Shown here: positions 10,149 through 20,400 of the stretch, one piece after another
Position numbering within the stretch: position 1 is the first letter of the stretch
Layout: the number at the start of each line of letters is the position of its first letter
Source of the DNA: a virus
IMG/VR virus record: IMGVR_UViG_3300046779_001754
Span: 36,172 to 100,171 of that record
Direction: 5' to 3' (one strand)
DNA: 64,000 bases
The notes under the pieces: generated by a model
Told to the model about the DNA's origin: nothing
Seen by the model: the letters and a program-made list of their open reading frames with translations, nothing else
Databases searched by the model: none
Program-made: the position numbers and the translations under genes

Positions 10149-11073
10149 TACGCACCTTTAAAAAATCTTCAAGTGCTAGACCCATTAAAGTCTCATAGTT
10201 ATGGTCTAATATGTCATTCATCTCTTGATACATTGCATATATCTCTTGTGTTGTCTTTGATCCAAGATATTCAAGTACACGGCTTATTTCAATGGGTTGG
10301 TGATCTGCAGGATCTTCACTGTAACCTTCGTCCCACCAACGATCAAATGTTTTAAATCCCATTGTCTTGAGGTTCTGTAGAAAATTTTGCGGACCTTGCA
10401 CGATAAAAGGAGTGCGCATCGCAATTGGTCTCCAGATTTTTTCTGTGCAAAAAAATGTACTACCAGTAAAATAAGTTTCACAGACTATTTCAATAAAAAA
10501 CTTTGCGTAGTATTCGGCAATGTCTAAATGATGGTTGACAAGTATCGGATACTCAGATATAGAATCTAAAGTGATCGGAGCTTGTTGCAAAAATTCTGCA
10601 ACCAATGGTAACGACTCTGCTCCGTATCTATCAGCAAGTTTATCTAGTCCTAGATTTGATTTGTGAAAAACACTGTTTGGTCGCCAATGAAATGTTTGCA
10701 GTGTAGGATACTGTGATGCTAGAGCTGACAAATATAATCTTGGAGCGTTACTTCGCCCAATAAAGATGCCAAATGTTTTGGCATCATGTTCTTTACCCGT
10801 GTTACCATCAAGCTGTTGTGTTGATTCAACAAAATGCATAGGCGGTTGATACACTGTGTTGGGCCATGCGTATTCCAATGCATTGGATGTCACAATCTGG
10901 ATACTGTTGGCTGTGCTGTATCTCAGCAGAGATTCAATGCCAAGACTGTCAAGGCACGGGCCTTCTGCACAAAAATCTATAACAACGTCTTGGGTGGTCC
11001 GTAGTTCGGCTGCTAGCTCATCACGGTTCCAAACCACTTCATCACTGGTATAAACTTTAATAGTTTTAGGCAT
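10138..11073 (-). CDS. Glycosyltransferase-like protein (GT10-like C-terminus)
   Basis: FIEIVCETY...FCTEKIWRPIAMRTPFIVQG...GFKTF. Confidence 0.55.
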   Translation of the reverse strand: MPKTIKVYTSDEVVWNRDELAAELRTTQDVVIDFCAEGPCLDSLGIESLLRYSTANSIQIVTSNALEYAWPNTVYQPPMHFVESTQQLDGNTGKEHDAKTFGIFIGRSNAPRLYLSALASQYPTLQTFHWRPNSVFHKSNLGLDKLADRYGAESLPLVAEFLQQAPITLDSISEYPILVNHHLDIAEYYAKFFIEIVCETYFTGSTFFCTEKIWRPIAMRTPFIVQGPQNFLQNLKTMGFKTFDRWWDEGYSEDPADHQPIEISRVLEYLGSKTTQEIYAMYQEMNDILDHNYETLMGLALEDFLKVRNEQ

Positions 11074-11971
11074 TGCCCTCTCGTATCATTATACCTAAAT
11101 TTTTCCAATTGGCTTGATAGTGGTGTTTGAAAAACTTACTATCATTGCCCATGGTAAAATTCATAGGCAGCGAAAGTTGTGTTGCAAGATCATCAGCTAG
11201 TCTGCCTGCTAGTACATCAGCAGTTTGATCTTTGACTGTATCCCATAGTTTAATTAATTCATCAAAGTCTTGTACCTGGCGATAATCCCAGTTGGTCAAC
11301 ATTGTCATGTATGTGCCCATTCTAGCGCCGGCAATGGCCCAATCACCATGCGGAACATCACGACCAATGTTATGCCATATTGTTAGGTTATCTAGATTAC
11401 GTTGTGCTACAAGGTCTTGAAATTCACTGACACTGGGTCTGCGCCCACGATCCAGGCACATCTTAACCCCTTCGCGGAATCCTGCACGCCAGGCCTGAAA
11501 GTCTGTGGAATTGATATGTGTAGTTGAATAACAATCATGCATTGCCCAATAACGTGGATCAAAACAAAACTCTACCGCAGTTTCATCTGTACCGTCACTG
11601 GCTTCGTGGGTACGCATCGTCATAACAAACTCTCGAGTCCAGCAACTTATACCTCCGTTGCCATACATCAGTCCATTAACACTATTCCTAGCACGCCAGC
11701 GGAATACACAATCGCGGTTGGTATCATCCAATACCAGCTGACATGAAAAAAAGCTAATATCAGGGATATTGTCACCATCAATGAGCACAAAACGATCAGT
11801 GGACGAACCCATCGCTGCCGCTTTGTGAGCGGCGTCTGACCCTTTAATACCATCCACTCGTCTTGCCCAGGGTACCATGTTCCGAACATGCACCCAATTT
11901 TCCTCAGCATTTGGTTCATCATAAGTTAAAAATATACAATCTAAATCTGCAATATCAATTGTTTGATTCAT
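11066..11971 (-). CDS. Putative GT-A fold glycosyltransferase
   Basis: FLTYDEP start and a DxD motif after a hydrophobic strand (FVLIDGDN). Confidence 0.5.
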   Translation of the reverse strand: MNQTIDIADLDCIFLTYDEPNAEENWVHVRNMVPWARRVDGIKGSDAAHKAAAMGSSTDRFVLIDGDNIPDISFFSCQLVLDDTNRDCVFRWRARNSVNGLMYGNGGISCWTREFVMTMRTHEASDGTDETAVEFCFDPRYWAMHDCYSTTHINSTDFQAWRAGFREGVKMCLDRGRRPSVSEFQDLVAQRNLDNLTIWHNIGRDVPHGDWAIAGARMGTYMTMLTNWDYRQVQDFDELIKLWDTVKDQTADVLAGRLADDLATQLSLPMNFTMGNDSKFFKHHYQANWKNLGIMIREGNA

Positions 11972-12290
11972 GTGTTTTTATCATCCATTTTGTGGCATTG
12001 GGATAATCACCAACTAACAATATATTGTTGGGGTGACATGCTATACCAGTGCTTCCTGGCGTTAGCTTTTTACTGATTATTCGTTTATACTTTACAAGTT
12101 CACCGTTGACCACTTTTACATGTGGACTGCCAATAAAAAATGTTTCAGAATCTACAGTAATATAGTTACCAGGTAAATCCTCCATGGTATACAATATAGG
12201 ATCTCCGTTGTCATCGTAGTACAAACGATGTTGGGGTTTATCAACACCGGGTACTGCATGTAATATATGCCAAAATTCTTCGGGTGTCAT
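11955..12290 (-). CDS. Hypothetical protein (111 aa)
   Basis: Start reassigned to ATG 12290, which forms an ATGA overlap with the upstream stop. Confidence 0.7.
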   Translation of the reverse strand: MTPEEFWHILHAVPGVDKPQHRLYYDDNGDPILYTMEDLPGNYITVDSETFFIGSPHVKVVNGELVKYKRIISKKLTPGSTGIACHPNNILLVGDYPNATKWMIKTHESNN

Positions 12291-13027
12291 GGTTGCCAAT
12301 CTTTTGTATAGTAATGAAACGCTCCCCACTGTGGCACGGTTTGTATCCGCAGTGGATCTGTTTCCCAGATCAACTCCTTGGTCCAATCCGCTGTGCGTAT
12401 GGGAATAATATGCTGCTTCATATGCACAATTTTAGGATAGGTGGCAAACGGCATAGTCACACGTTCGGGTCCGACAATCTGTGCAGCCATAGCATAAACA
12501 ACATCTGTGCTGGGTTCATCATCAGGGAACTTTAATAATTTACGAAACTCTGACCAATTGCCAAATATAGATCTAATCCAACGAAAAAATTCAGCGGCAG
12601 TATCACTGCGTCGCCAATAAGTCACAGCATTGTACACATCAGGTAAATTATTCTGATCAAATAGTCGTCGATAAAATCTTACATTGCTGACGTTGTCATA
12701 GAAATCTCTACAACCTGTGCTGACAACAACATCGCGATGCCTAAACATAGTCCACCAATGATCAATCGGTGATGCAATTAACATATCAGCTTCTAGTTTG
12801 ATGGTTTCGTGATAAGGACTGAGACGATAAGCATAGTAATCCAGAGCTTGTCCTGTTTCCACAGTCTTGGGCAAGTCAGCATTGGTTAAAATAGTAATAT
12901 TGACCGTGGGATGAAACTTTCTAATAGAATCAGCTAATCGTTGGGCCAGGTCAGTGTAACAAACATCAGTGTCAAACGCTGGTATTACGTAACCTTGATT
13001 AGATGCTGGCTGCAACAATTTCTCCAA
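12287..13027 (-). CDS. Putative GT-A (GT8-like) glycosyltransferase
   Basis: LSPYHETIKLEADM (ExD), HMK near the C-terminus; paralog of the adjacent gene. Confidence 0.55.
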   Translation of the reverse strand: MEKLLQPASNQGYVIPAFDTDVCYTDLAQRLADSIRKFHPTVNITILTNADLPKTVETGQALDYYAYRLSPYHETIKLEADMLIASPIDHWWTMFRHRDVVVSTGCRDFYDNVSNVRFYRRLFDQNNLPDVYNAVTYWRRSDTAAEFFRWIRSIFGNWSEFRKLLKFPDDEPSTDVVYAMAAQIVGPERVTMPFATYPKIVHMKQHIIPIRTADWTKELIWETDPLRIQTVPQWGAFHYYTKDWQP

Positions 13028-13817
13028 GTTGCTGTTTATTCATAGCATGGAAGTCTAACCCTCTCCATCCAACTGACTTGGGTCGTCCAGATTTATCAAT
13101 GTATTCAACTGTGTAATAGTCTTGATCAATCTGTTGTAGTTTATCTTCAGGCATAACTGATGGCATCATACCTAGATAGTTAGAATCAGAACCACGGCTT
13201 GGGTATACTAATTTCAATGCAATACTTAATGCAATGTCGTTACGATATGTAGGACGTTGTATTTTATAAATGTCCCTGTAGTGATCCCAATTATTTCTAA
13301 TCATTTGCATAGAGTCAAAAACAAATCTTGCTTGATTGGTTCGATTGAATATCATGACTGTAGCCCATGACATTGGGTATTGATGTTCGCCAAATGTTTT
13401 TGAACTATCAAGGCGGTCTTGACTTGTTAGATCGTATGCTGTATGAAAGCACCAAAAATCTTGTCCGGGCATTAACAGCGGAGTTGACAATGAACTAGAC
13501 GCTATTACATAATCAGCATCTAATACTAGAGTTCGATCCCAAGGAGTAACATTTAATGCGTTGGGTCGATTGGTATTGTACCAGTTCACTGTTTTGCCAA
13601 GATCATCAAAATACCGTTGCTCTGGATTGGGTTTATCTAAATGGATTACATGATCGAAACAGTGGTGTACAGAGTAAAGTGATGGCCCAGGATAATCAGT
13701 TACCAGTGCTACCGGTATGCACAAATGCCTGCGTATGTTTTTTGCGCTCCATGCAGCCATTCTAACATAGTCAATGTCATCGTTGTTATAGGCAAATATA
13801 AGAGCACCGGTTTTCAT
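12999..13817 (-). CDS. Putative GT-A (GT8-like) glycosyltransferase
   Basis: TPWDRTLVLDADY (DxD), RNDIALSIA, HAMNK. Confidence 0.6.
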   Translation of the reverse strand: MKTGALIFAYNNDDIDYVRMAAWSAKNIRRHLCIPVALVTDYPGPSLYSVHHCFDHVIHLDKPNPEQRYFDDLGKTVNWYNTNRPNALNVTPWDRTLVLDADYVIASSSLSTPLLMPGQDFWCFHTAYDLTSQDRLDSSKTFGEHQYPMSWATVMIFNRTNQARFVFDSMQMIRNNWDHYRDIYKIQRPTYRNDIALSIALKLVYPSRGSDSNYLGMMPSVMPEDKLQQIDQDYYTVEYIDKSGRPKSVGWRGLDFHAMNKQQLGEIVAASI

Positions 13818-14125
13818 CGTTGTTGTCTCATTTCTTCAAATTCCACAAGCCATGCATTCATTTGTTCTTGCCAACGACTAGCTGCTAGATTCCAAAGTTC
13901 CATTGTTTTTATTTTAACTGGATTCTCGTATAAATCTAACAACACCACTTCTGCATCATCTGTAATACGACAATAACTTATAGTTGACAGTAATTCCGGG
14001 CCAGCACGCCACATGCCGCCGCGGTAGGCAAACAACATCTTGGCTTCATATTTTTCTTTGAGTAAGCGGCGAGCAGCTTCGTGGTCAAACCGAGCGCGGG
14101 CCTGCGTGATTAGATCAGAGTTCAT
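13814..14125 (-). CDS. Hypothetical protein, first gene of the accessory operon
   Basis: 103-aa ORF with an ATGA overlap to the next gene, downstream of a sigma70-like promoter. Confidence 0.75.
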   Translation of the reverse strand: MNSDLITQARARFDHEAARRLLKEKYEAKMLFAYRGGMWRAGPELLSTISYCRITDDAEVVLLDLYENPVKIKTMELWNLAASRWQEQMNAWLVEFEEMRQQR

Positions 14126-14131
14126 TTGATT

Positions 14132-14160
14132 ATTTTACAGTATTACTAGATAAAAGTAAA
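14132..14160 (-). promoter_or_regulatory. Sigma70-like promoter for the glycosyltransferase/radical SAM operon
   Basis: Minus strand TTTACT-17 nt-TAAAAT, ending 6 nt before the ATG at 14125. Confidence 0.5.
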
Positions 14161-14181
14161 GGGCCCTAAAGCCCTTTACTT
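14150..14181 (-). terminator. Intrinsic terminator ending the tail module
   Basis: 11-bp inverted repeat AAGTAAAGGGC/GCCCTTTACTT with a 6-nt loop, running into a T tract on the minus strand. Confidence 0.8.
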
Positions 14182-14196
14182 GACCAAAACTTTTAA

Positions 14197-15162
14197 TTAG
14201 GCTGTTGTTGCTGCTACAGTGGGAGTGCCCCAGGCTGCTGAGGTTAGATAAACGCTAGATGGTGGATAATATGTCACAACTGTAGCCGGAGCGGTACCAA
14301 ATGAAATACCCGATGTTGCAGTTCCGCCCGAAACTGTGTCACCTTCGGCATTGAACCATGTAGTGGTCAAATCTAAAGTTGTAGCTGTATTACCAGTTTT
14401 TGCTTGCACTTGAATATAGTTACTGGTGTATGGTGCAGAATCAGCAAATTGTTTGTAAATTATTTGATTTGAAGTTGTTAGCTGATACCAACCCGTTGTT
14501 GTAGTCAACGTGTTTGGAGTACCTGAACCGCCAATTTTGGTTGTACCTGTATACGCTGTGCCTGCAATAGTTTGCGCAGCATTACTAATTCGTCCCGAAA
14601 TAAAGATTGCGCCGCACAGCGTTTGTGCCAAATCATTCCATTCTGGATCACCGAAGTTTCCTGTTGAACTCTTGCTAAATTGAATTTTTACAAGTCCGCC
14701 TGCGTTCCAAAAATAGCGAGCAGCAGTAGCACTAGGAAAGGTAACAGTATGAGTATAGACAATAGTTGAGTTTACACCGGTAATATTATTGGTCTGACTT
14801 GATGTGCCTGTCCATGAAGTATACTGTGTGCCTGATGCTGAAGCATTGCCTCGATATGTTGAAATGTTGGTTATATCAGTATTGACGTTAGCTAAAACTG
14901 CAATGGTATTACCAGCAACAGGAGCTGTACGACTTGTAATCGCCACACCGGTTTGATTTGCCATTGTAGAAACTTGGTTAACCAACGTTGCCCATTGTGT
15001 AGCAGTAATAGTTGACGTTGCTGATACAGTACTTAATGCAGTTTCGCCCCAACCAAAATCACTAGAGCCCGAACCCCACACAGCATTGATATTAGCTGCG
15101 TTTGTTGAAACAAACCCATTATAATCCGTGGCTTCAATCAACCCACCTGATGAATATGTCAT
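14197..15162 (-). CDS. Putative virion structural / tail-associated protein
   Basis: Rich in Thr, Ser, Gly and Ala; last gene of the tail operon. Confidence 0.6.
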   Translation of the reverse strand: MTYSSGGLIEATDYNGFVSTNAANINAVWGSGSSDFGWGETALSTVSATSTITATQWATLVNQVSTMANQTGVAITSRTAPVAGNTIAVLANVNTDITNISTYRGNASASGTQYTSWTGTSSQTNNITGVNSTIVYTHTVTFPSATAARYFWNAGGLVKIQFSKSSTGNFGDPEWNDLAQTLCGAIFISGRISNAAQTIAGTAYTGTTKIGGSGTPNTLTTTTGWYQLTTSNQIIYKQFADSAPYTSNYIQVQAKTGNTATTLDLTTTWFNAEGDTVSGGTATSGISFGTAPATVVTYYPPSSVYLTSAAWGTPTVAATTA

Positions 15163-15172
15163 TACTTTGTCC

Positions 15173-16576
15173 TTACTTGATTGTTACTATGGCTTCGACC
15201 ATACCTTCATTTGATTCTAATTTAGACGCTAGTGCGCGACCAATAGTATTAAATGCTGTGGCTTCACCGGGGAGTGCTGCTCTAGCTAAACCATTACCGG
15301 CGCTGACTAATCTATCGCCTTTGTTAACTAAACCAACACAGCGAACTGGAACTCGCCCAGTCATTGCAACGGGTGGGTGGGTATCATCTTCGCCAGCACC
15401 ACCGTTCATTAAGAAAGCTGCTCGTGTACTTATGACCCCAAATACGTTTTCGCTCAATTCGTCAAGTGATTTAGTAATTTCTTTAACACCACCTAACTCA
15501 ACAACAGTGCCTGGAGCATATTCAGTGTCAGCAGCAAAGCGTTCAGCAACGTCAGCGTAGAGTGCTGTGGTAGCTGTTGCAAACACGCGATTGAAGTAAC
15601 TTGAGCTTGATCCAATATTGCCCACAGCATTTGAGCCTGTTTTAGTGATGCTCGATACACTAACATTACTAAACACAGGAGCGGTATTACCAAAATTCAC
15701 AACGCCGTTGGCACCATCAAGAGTCATAACTGTGGTTGTAACACCACCATCGTTAACTACAAAAGCTATGTTGCCGTCTTGTGTTTGATTTTGAACAGTT
15801 ACCGCAGTTCCTGAAACCGAAACTTTGAAGTCACTGTTTGTACCAACAGTGATACCATTATTACTTAAAACGCCCAGTGACACGCTCATTGTTTGTCCAG
15901 TGCCGCTATTGCGTACAAAACCTGTGCTGGTTACACCATTTAGCAACACTGCATTGGCAGCAGTACCTTGGAATAAAGGTACTTGACCACCAACAGTGCT
16001 GGCCAGTGTAATACCTGGCTTGACTGTGGTAAATCCTGGTATACCAGCTCCGGCTGGAGTAAATTCTGCGTCCTGACTAACAATACCAACAACAGTATCA
16101 GCAACAGTTATCTTGATAACAGTGTGAGTAATACCAGCTGGAGTATCTGTGATCTGCGCTGGAATGGCACCAGTAGTACCAGTACCTGCGCTACTCTGTG
16201 GTCCAACAAGAATAAATGTTGTACCGTTGTAAACGTTTAGCTGCTGGTTGATGCTATCATACCACAAGTCACCTAAAACATTGCTGGTTGGCTGTGTTGC
16301 TGATGCTGTTGCAGCTGAAATAGTTTTAAATGTAGCACCATTGTAAACTTTGAGTAAGTTTGTGCCTTTGTCCCACCAAAGTTGCCCTGTTAAAGGATTA
16401 CCTGGTGCGGTCACGCTTGCAGCGTTTTCAAGCAAATGGATAAAGTTGCCGTCTAAAAACTCGCCGTAACCAGCATAGTTTTTGCCAACTAACACCATGT
16501 TACTTTGAGTGTTGATGGTACCATCTGCAATTGTTGCAAACGGTGTACCGTCAGTTAAGTTAATCTGATAAGCCAT
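15173..16576 (-). CDS. Tail fibre-like protein with C-terminal intramolecular chaperone/autocleavage (peptidase G2/S74-like) domain
   Basis: GQLWWD and GDLWYD repeats; C-terminal YADVAERF...PGTVVELGG...PVAMTGRVPVRC. Confidence 0.7.
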   Translation of the reverse strand: MAYQINLTDGTPFATIADGTINTQSNMVLVGKNYAGYGEFLDGNFIHLLENAASVTAPGNPLTGQLWWDKGTNLLKVYNGATFKTISAATASATQPTSNVLGDLWYDSINQQLNVYNGTTFILVGPQSSAGTGTTGAIPAQITDTPAGITHTVIKITVADTVVGIVSQDAEFTPAGAGIPGFTTVKPGITLASTVGGQVPLFQGTAANAVLLNGVTSTGFVRNSGTGQTMSVSLGVLSNNGITVGTNSDFKVSVSGTAVTVQNQTQDGNIAFVVNDGGVTTTVMTLDGANGVVNFGNTAPVFSNVSVSSITKTGSNAVGNIGSSSSYFNRVFATATTALYADVAERFAADTEYAPGTVVELGGVKEITKSLDELSENVFGVISTRAAFLMNGGAGEDDTHPPVAMTGRVPVRCVGLVNKGDRLVSAGNGLARAALPGEATAFNTIGRALASKLESNEGMVEAIVTIK

Positions 16577-16623
16577 TTTCTAACCTGTCCTTGTCAGTTA
16601 TTTATTGTAAAATCTACCCATAT

Positions 16624-17229
16624 TTATGCACCATTACTTAGGTTAGTTAGGGTTTGTATGCGTAGAGTATAATCAATTTGAATCTGTCTATTAAGGCTTT
16701 TTTGCACTGGATGAAAAATAACGTGCGTAATTAGTCTTAAATCTGTGGCAGATCCATTCCATGTTTTTAATCCCAATTCATCAAAAACATATTCGCCACT
16801 AAAATTTGTACTGTTGTCAAACGCTTGCTGGCCAGCAGGCTCGCCATAATCTAACAAACAAGTTACCAAAATATCACTATAAAACTTACCAGGGGTGTGC
16901 AACACAGACATTTTGTTATTGACTGGGTCTGAATTTTCCACACTGTTATCGTCAACTACTTTTTGATAGGTCTGGTTGTACAATGTAGCGTTTTGTCCCA
17001 CAGTATTTGGTGGTAGATACGTAATAACACCTGTGGGATCTACCGAGCTACCGCCATTACCAAAAGCCATTTGATAGATGTAACCAGTGTTTCGATCTGC
17101 TAGTGTTTGAGCCATACTCACCGAAATGTTTTCGTAGTGAATGGCGTTGTTTTTATCTACAAACATTTCCCCGTTGTTGGGGTCGTAAATCTTCAATGAT
17201 CCTACGATCATAACAGGAATCTGTATCAC
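16624..17229 (-). CDS. Putative baseplate / fibre-attachment protein
   Basis: MAFGNGG, FDELGL and FHPVQKS motifs resemble fibre-collar/baseplate proteins; gene context agrees. Confidence 0.55.
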   Translation of the reverse strand: MIQIPVMIVGSLKIYDPNNGEMFVDKNNAIHYENISVSMAQTLADRNTGYIYQMAFGNGGSSVDPTGVITYLPPNTVGQNATLYNQTYQKVVDDNSVENSDPVNNKMSVLHTPGKFYSDILVTCLLDYGEPAGQQAFDNSTNFSGEYVFDELGLKTWNGSATDLRLITHVIFHPVQKSLNRQIQIDYTLRIQTLTNLSNGA

Positions 17230-17372
17230 GCTCGTCCCTCCACAAAAGTTTCTTTGGTTTTTGGATCAAATATGCGCATAAACGCTTCAACATGTACAGC
17301 GCCGTTTTCGTTGGGGCGAGCATTTTTAGTTTTATCTTCCACTGCGGGTTCCGGTTTGGTTTGATTTTCCAT
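17226..17372 (-). CDS. Small hypothetical protein (48 aa, MENQTKPEPAVEDKTKNARPNENGAVHVEAFMRIFDPKTKETFVEGRA)
   Basis: Read by hand. Preceded by TAAATA at 17385-17380; its stop overlaps the next GTG start (GTGA). Confidence 0.7.
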   Translation of the reverse strand: MENQTKPEPAVEDKTKNARPNENGAVHVEAFMRIFDPKTKETFVEGRA

Positions 17373-17405
17373 GATATATTATTTACCTAGTATAAAATAC
17401 CCCAT

Positions 17406-20400
17406 TTAAACTACTCCGCGCAAGAAGAAAGCTGCTGGATTAATTTGTTCCTGTAACGGTATGCCGTCGCTTGGAGTATTTGGTCCTGGATCGTACCATG
17501 ACAAAGATCTTAGAACACCAATTGTCACAATTACACCTTGTTTTGGTGGTTCGTAGAAAGTAATTCTAACTGGATTTGGTGAGTTTAGAATATACTGTGT
17601 TGGGGGTACTGGTATACCACCTATTAGAACTCTAAGAGCTTCAGTATATTCGGTACTGTCAATGTCTGTAATATTAACATTTGGTGCTTCAAACACAACA
17701 TTAGATCCGTTGGCAACAGTATTGGTATGAACAAATGTATCCTCGTATCCTTGCTCTAAGATACTTTCGCGTCCCATTGATATAACTTCATCGTTGACTT
17801 GATGGTCTGCTGCTGCGGTACCAGCAGTTCCGCGTAGTAGCCCCGACAACGTATTGTTTTCAATGTCACGATAACGATACATGATACGTTCGCCACCAAT
17901 AGTAACAACTCCCCAGGCGTTTTGAGATAAGTTTGGTTCACCACAGGCCAGTGCATTTGCAACTTGTACAATGTCATCATCGTAGGCCAGGAATTCTCTA
18001 AGTCTAGTAGTGGTTGTTGGTAATATTCTATAGGTTGCCTGTACACCACGCATATCCTGGAATATTCTAAATGCCATAGCTGGTGGTACCACACTACCTG
18101 TAAACAATGTTGCTACTACAACATCCAATGGTCCAATGGTAAAATTCAAAGAAATGTACGAAGTGTAGTTAGACTCAAGGATAGTATAGTGTAATCCATT
18201 AAATAGTCTACGCCCGTTCCAGGTCACTATCATCCTGTAAGGATTTTGGTTACCGCGGTAGAGGTCAAAATCATTGTATGATATAGTAATACCTTCGCTA
18301 TAATCATAACTGCCTGGTGCTGATGGCACTGATCCAAAGTCAAACGGGAATTCATCATACGCTTCAAAATCAACTCCGCCAACTGACACTGGTCCAACCC
18401 AAACTCGCTGAACAATATTTTGCTCGCTAGTATCATTCCAAGTTGTAACTGCAATAATGTCACCAGGTTGTAAACCAAATGACAACGATGGTCTAAAAGT
18501 GATATCGTAGTCAGTACCGTTAAATGCAATAACATAATCTGCTCTAGTATTAACACAAACTAAAACATTGTCGTTCACTGCAGGAACATAACTTAACAGT
18601 ATAGTTCTTGGGCTAAATCCATCCCATGGAACTACAACAAAATCACTTCCCAAAACCTGTGCAACGTCATTGACATAGACGTGTACTTCATTGTCGGCAA
18701 TAAGACCTTGGCTAAATCCACCACGTTCAGGCATTAGGAACTCTGCACTAGAACCATCCCCACTCCATAGAATACCCTGTGATGGTCTTAGTGTGCGTCC
18801 GTTTACTTCAACCCACGCATTGTCAATGTTAGATCCCATCATACTATTGTCTAATGTGTAGGTTAGTTGAGCAGAAAATCCAGTTACTGGTGGTACAACA
18901 ATATATTGTGTGACTGGTAAACTCCAAGAATGCTGTGGAGTTTCAAAGCCCATAGCAGTCAATGTCAGAGCATCATTGCTGGTTAAAATAACGTTGAATC
19001 GTATGATTGTTGTAGCAGGACTTATGCCTTGAACGTATGTATAATCAGTACCGGCTTGCAGTAATTCACCGTTGACAAACATCACTAATTCGTAAATTTC
19101 TGCATAGGCAACATCAATTTCAACTTCAAGTCCTATGTCAGCCCCGTTGTAATTGGCCTGCAGCAATTGATTGCCGCCACCTACTTGATACACAGTGATA
19201 ACAATGATGTCGTTGGGTGCAACGTTGTTGTAGACCAACACTGTTCGGTTGACCCAATCAACTGTGAAGTCAATATCAGGTATCAAATCTCTAGCTTGAG
19301 TGGCATTGCTTACTTCAACAGCACTGGGATAAATTTCTAAGTAGTGTAACGGTCTACCAATATTACTCCAGTCAATTACAGGATTGAGCGGATTCCACTC
19401 TGCACGTAGTTGAAGTATAGTAAAGCCAAAACCAAACCCGCTCCAATCGCTGCCTGGTCGAGTATACACACGCATGTCAAGAGTATCAAATTCTTGTCCT
19501 GGTACTAGTTCCTGTGGTGCATGACTTGAATAGGTGTCTACAAATGCACCACCGTCAACAATGACATCGCTGGCTCTAGTACCAAGATAAACGTCTAAGA
19601 AACTGCTTTCGTATTGTGCATTTAAAATTGTATCGCTGTAAGTTGGACGACCTTCAGCACCAAATTCAATGTTGTCCCAGGGAGTTACATCAAAAGGGCC
19701 ATGGTCATATCCAGTGTCGTATTCAAACGGAACACCGGCAACTTGTACACCAGGGTAATCAACACCGTCAATTAACAGCGGTAATTCACGACCTGGTTGA
19801 TTCACGCCAGCAACATAATAGCCCATGGTACGGTCAACACCGCTTAGATCACCAATGGGCACTAGTACCCAATCAATAGGATCAAATGTTGGAGTGTTAA
19901 CACCGGTACTGTCTGGGCTATTTGCTGCCCAAATTTTATCACCGAACCGCACTAATTGTCCGTTGTCAAATGTAATATTTGGTTCCCATTCAACAATATT
20001 GGTGTTGTACTCGCAACGGTCAAACTTAATTGTTGTTGTAATGCTGCGAACTAGACCATTGGTCATGTAAATTGTTGCTCGAGCTCCAGTGCCATTGCCG
20101 CCAGTTATTGTAACTGTAGGAGTGGTAATATATCCTGCGCCAGCGTCAATCACAACAACTTCAATTACTGTGCCCGCTGAATCAATACGAGCCACTGCTG
20201 TAGCAGTACGAGCAGCATCACCAATAATATTGACAGTTGGCACTGACGTATATCCTGATCCGCCGCTGGTAACAACAATTTGTTCTACAAACAATGTGTA
20301 GTTTTGATACCATTGATTCCAGGGCGTGGTTTGCCAAATTATGTTGTTGCTGAGCCTATCACTTGGTTCAGTGATTGTAGTAGCTAAAATTGGGCTCACA

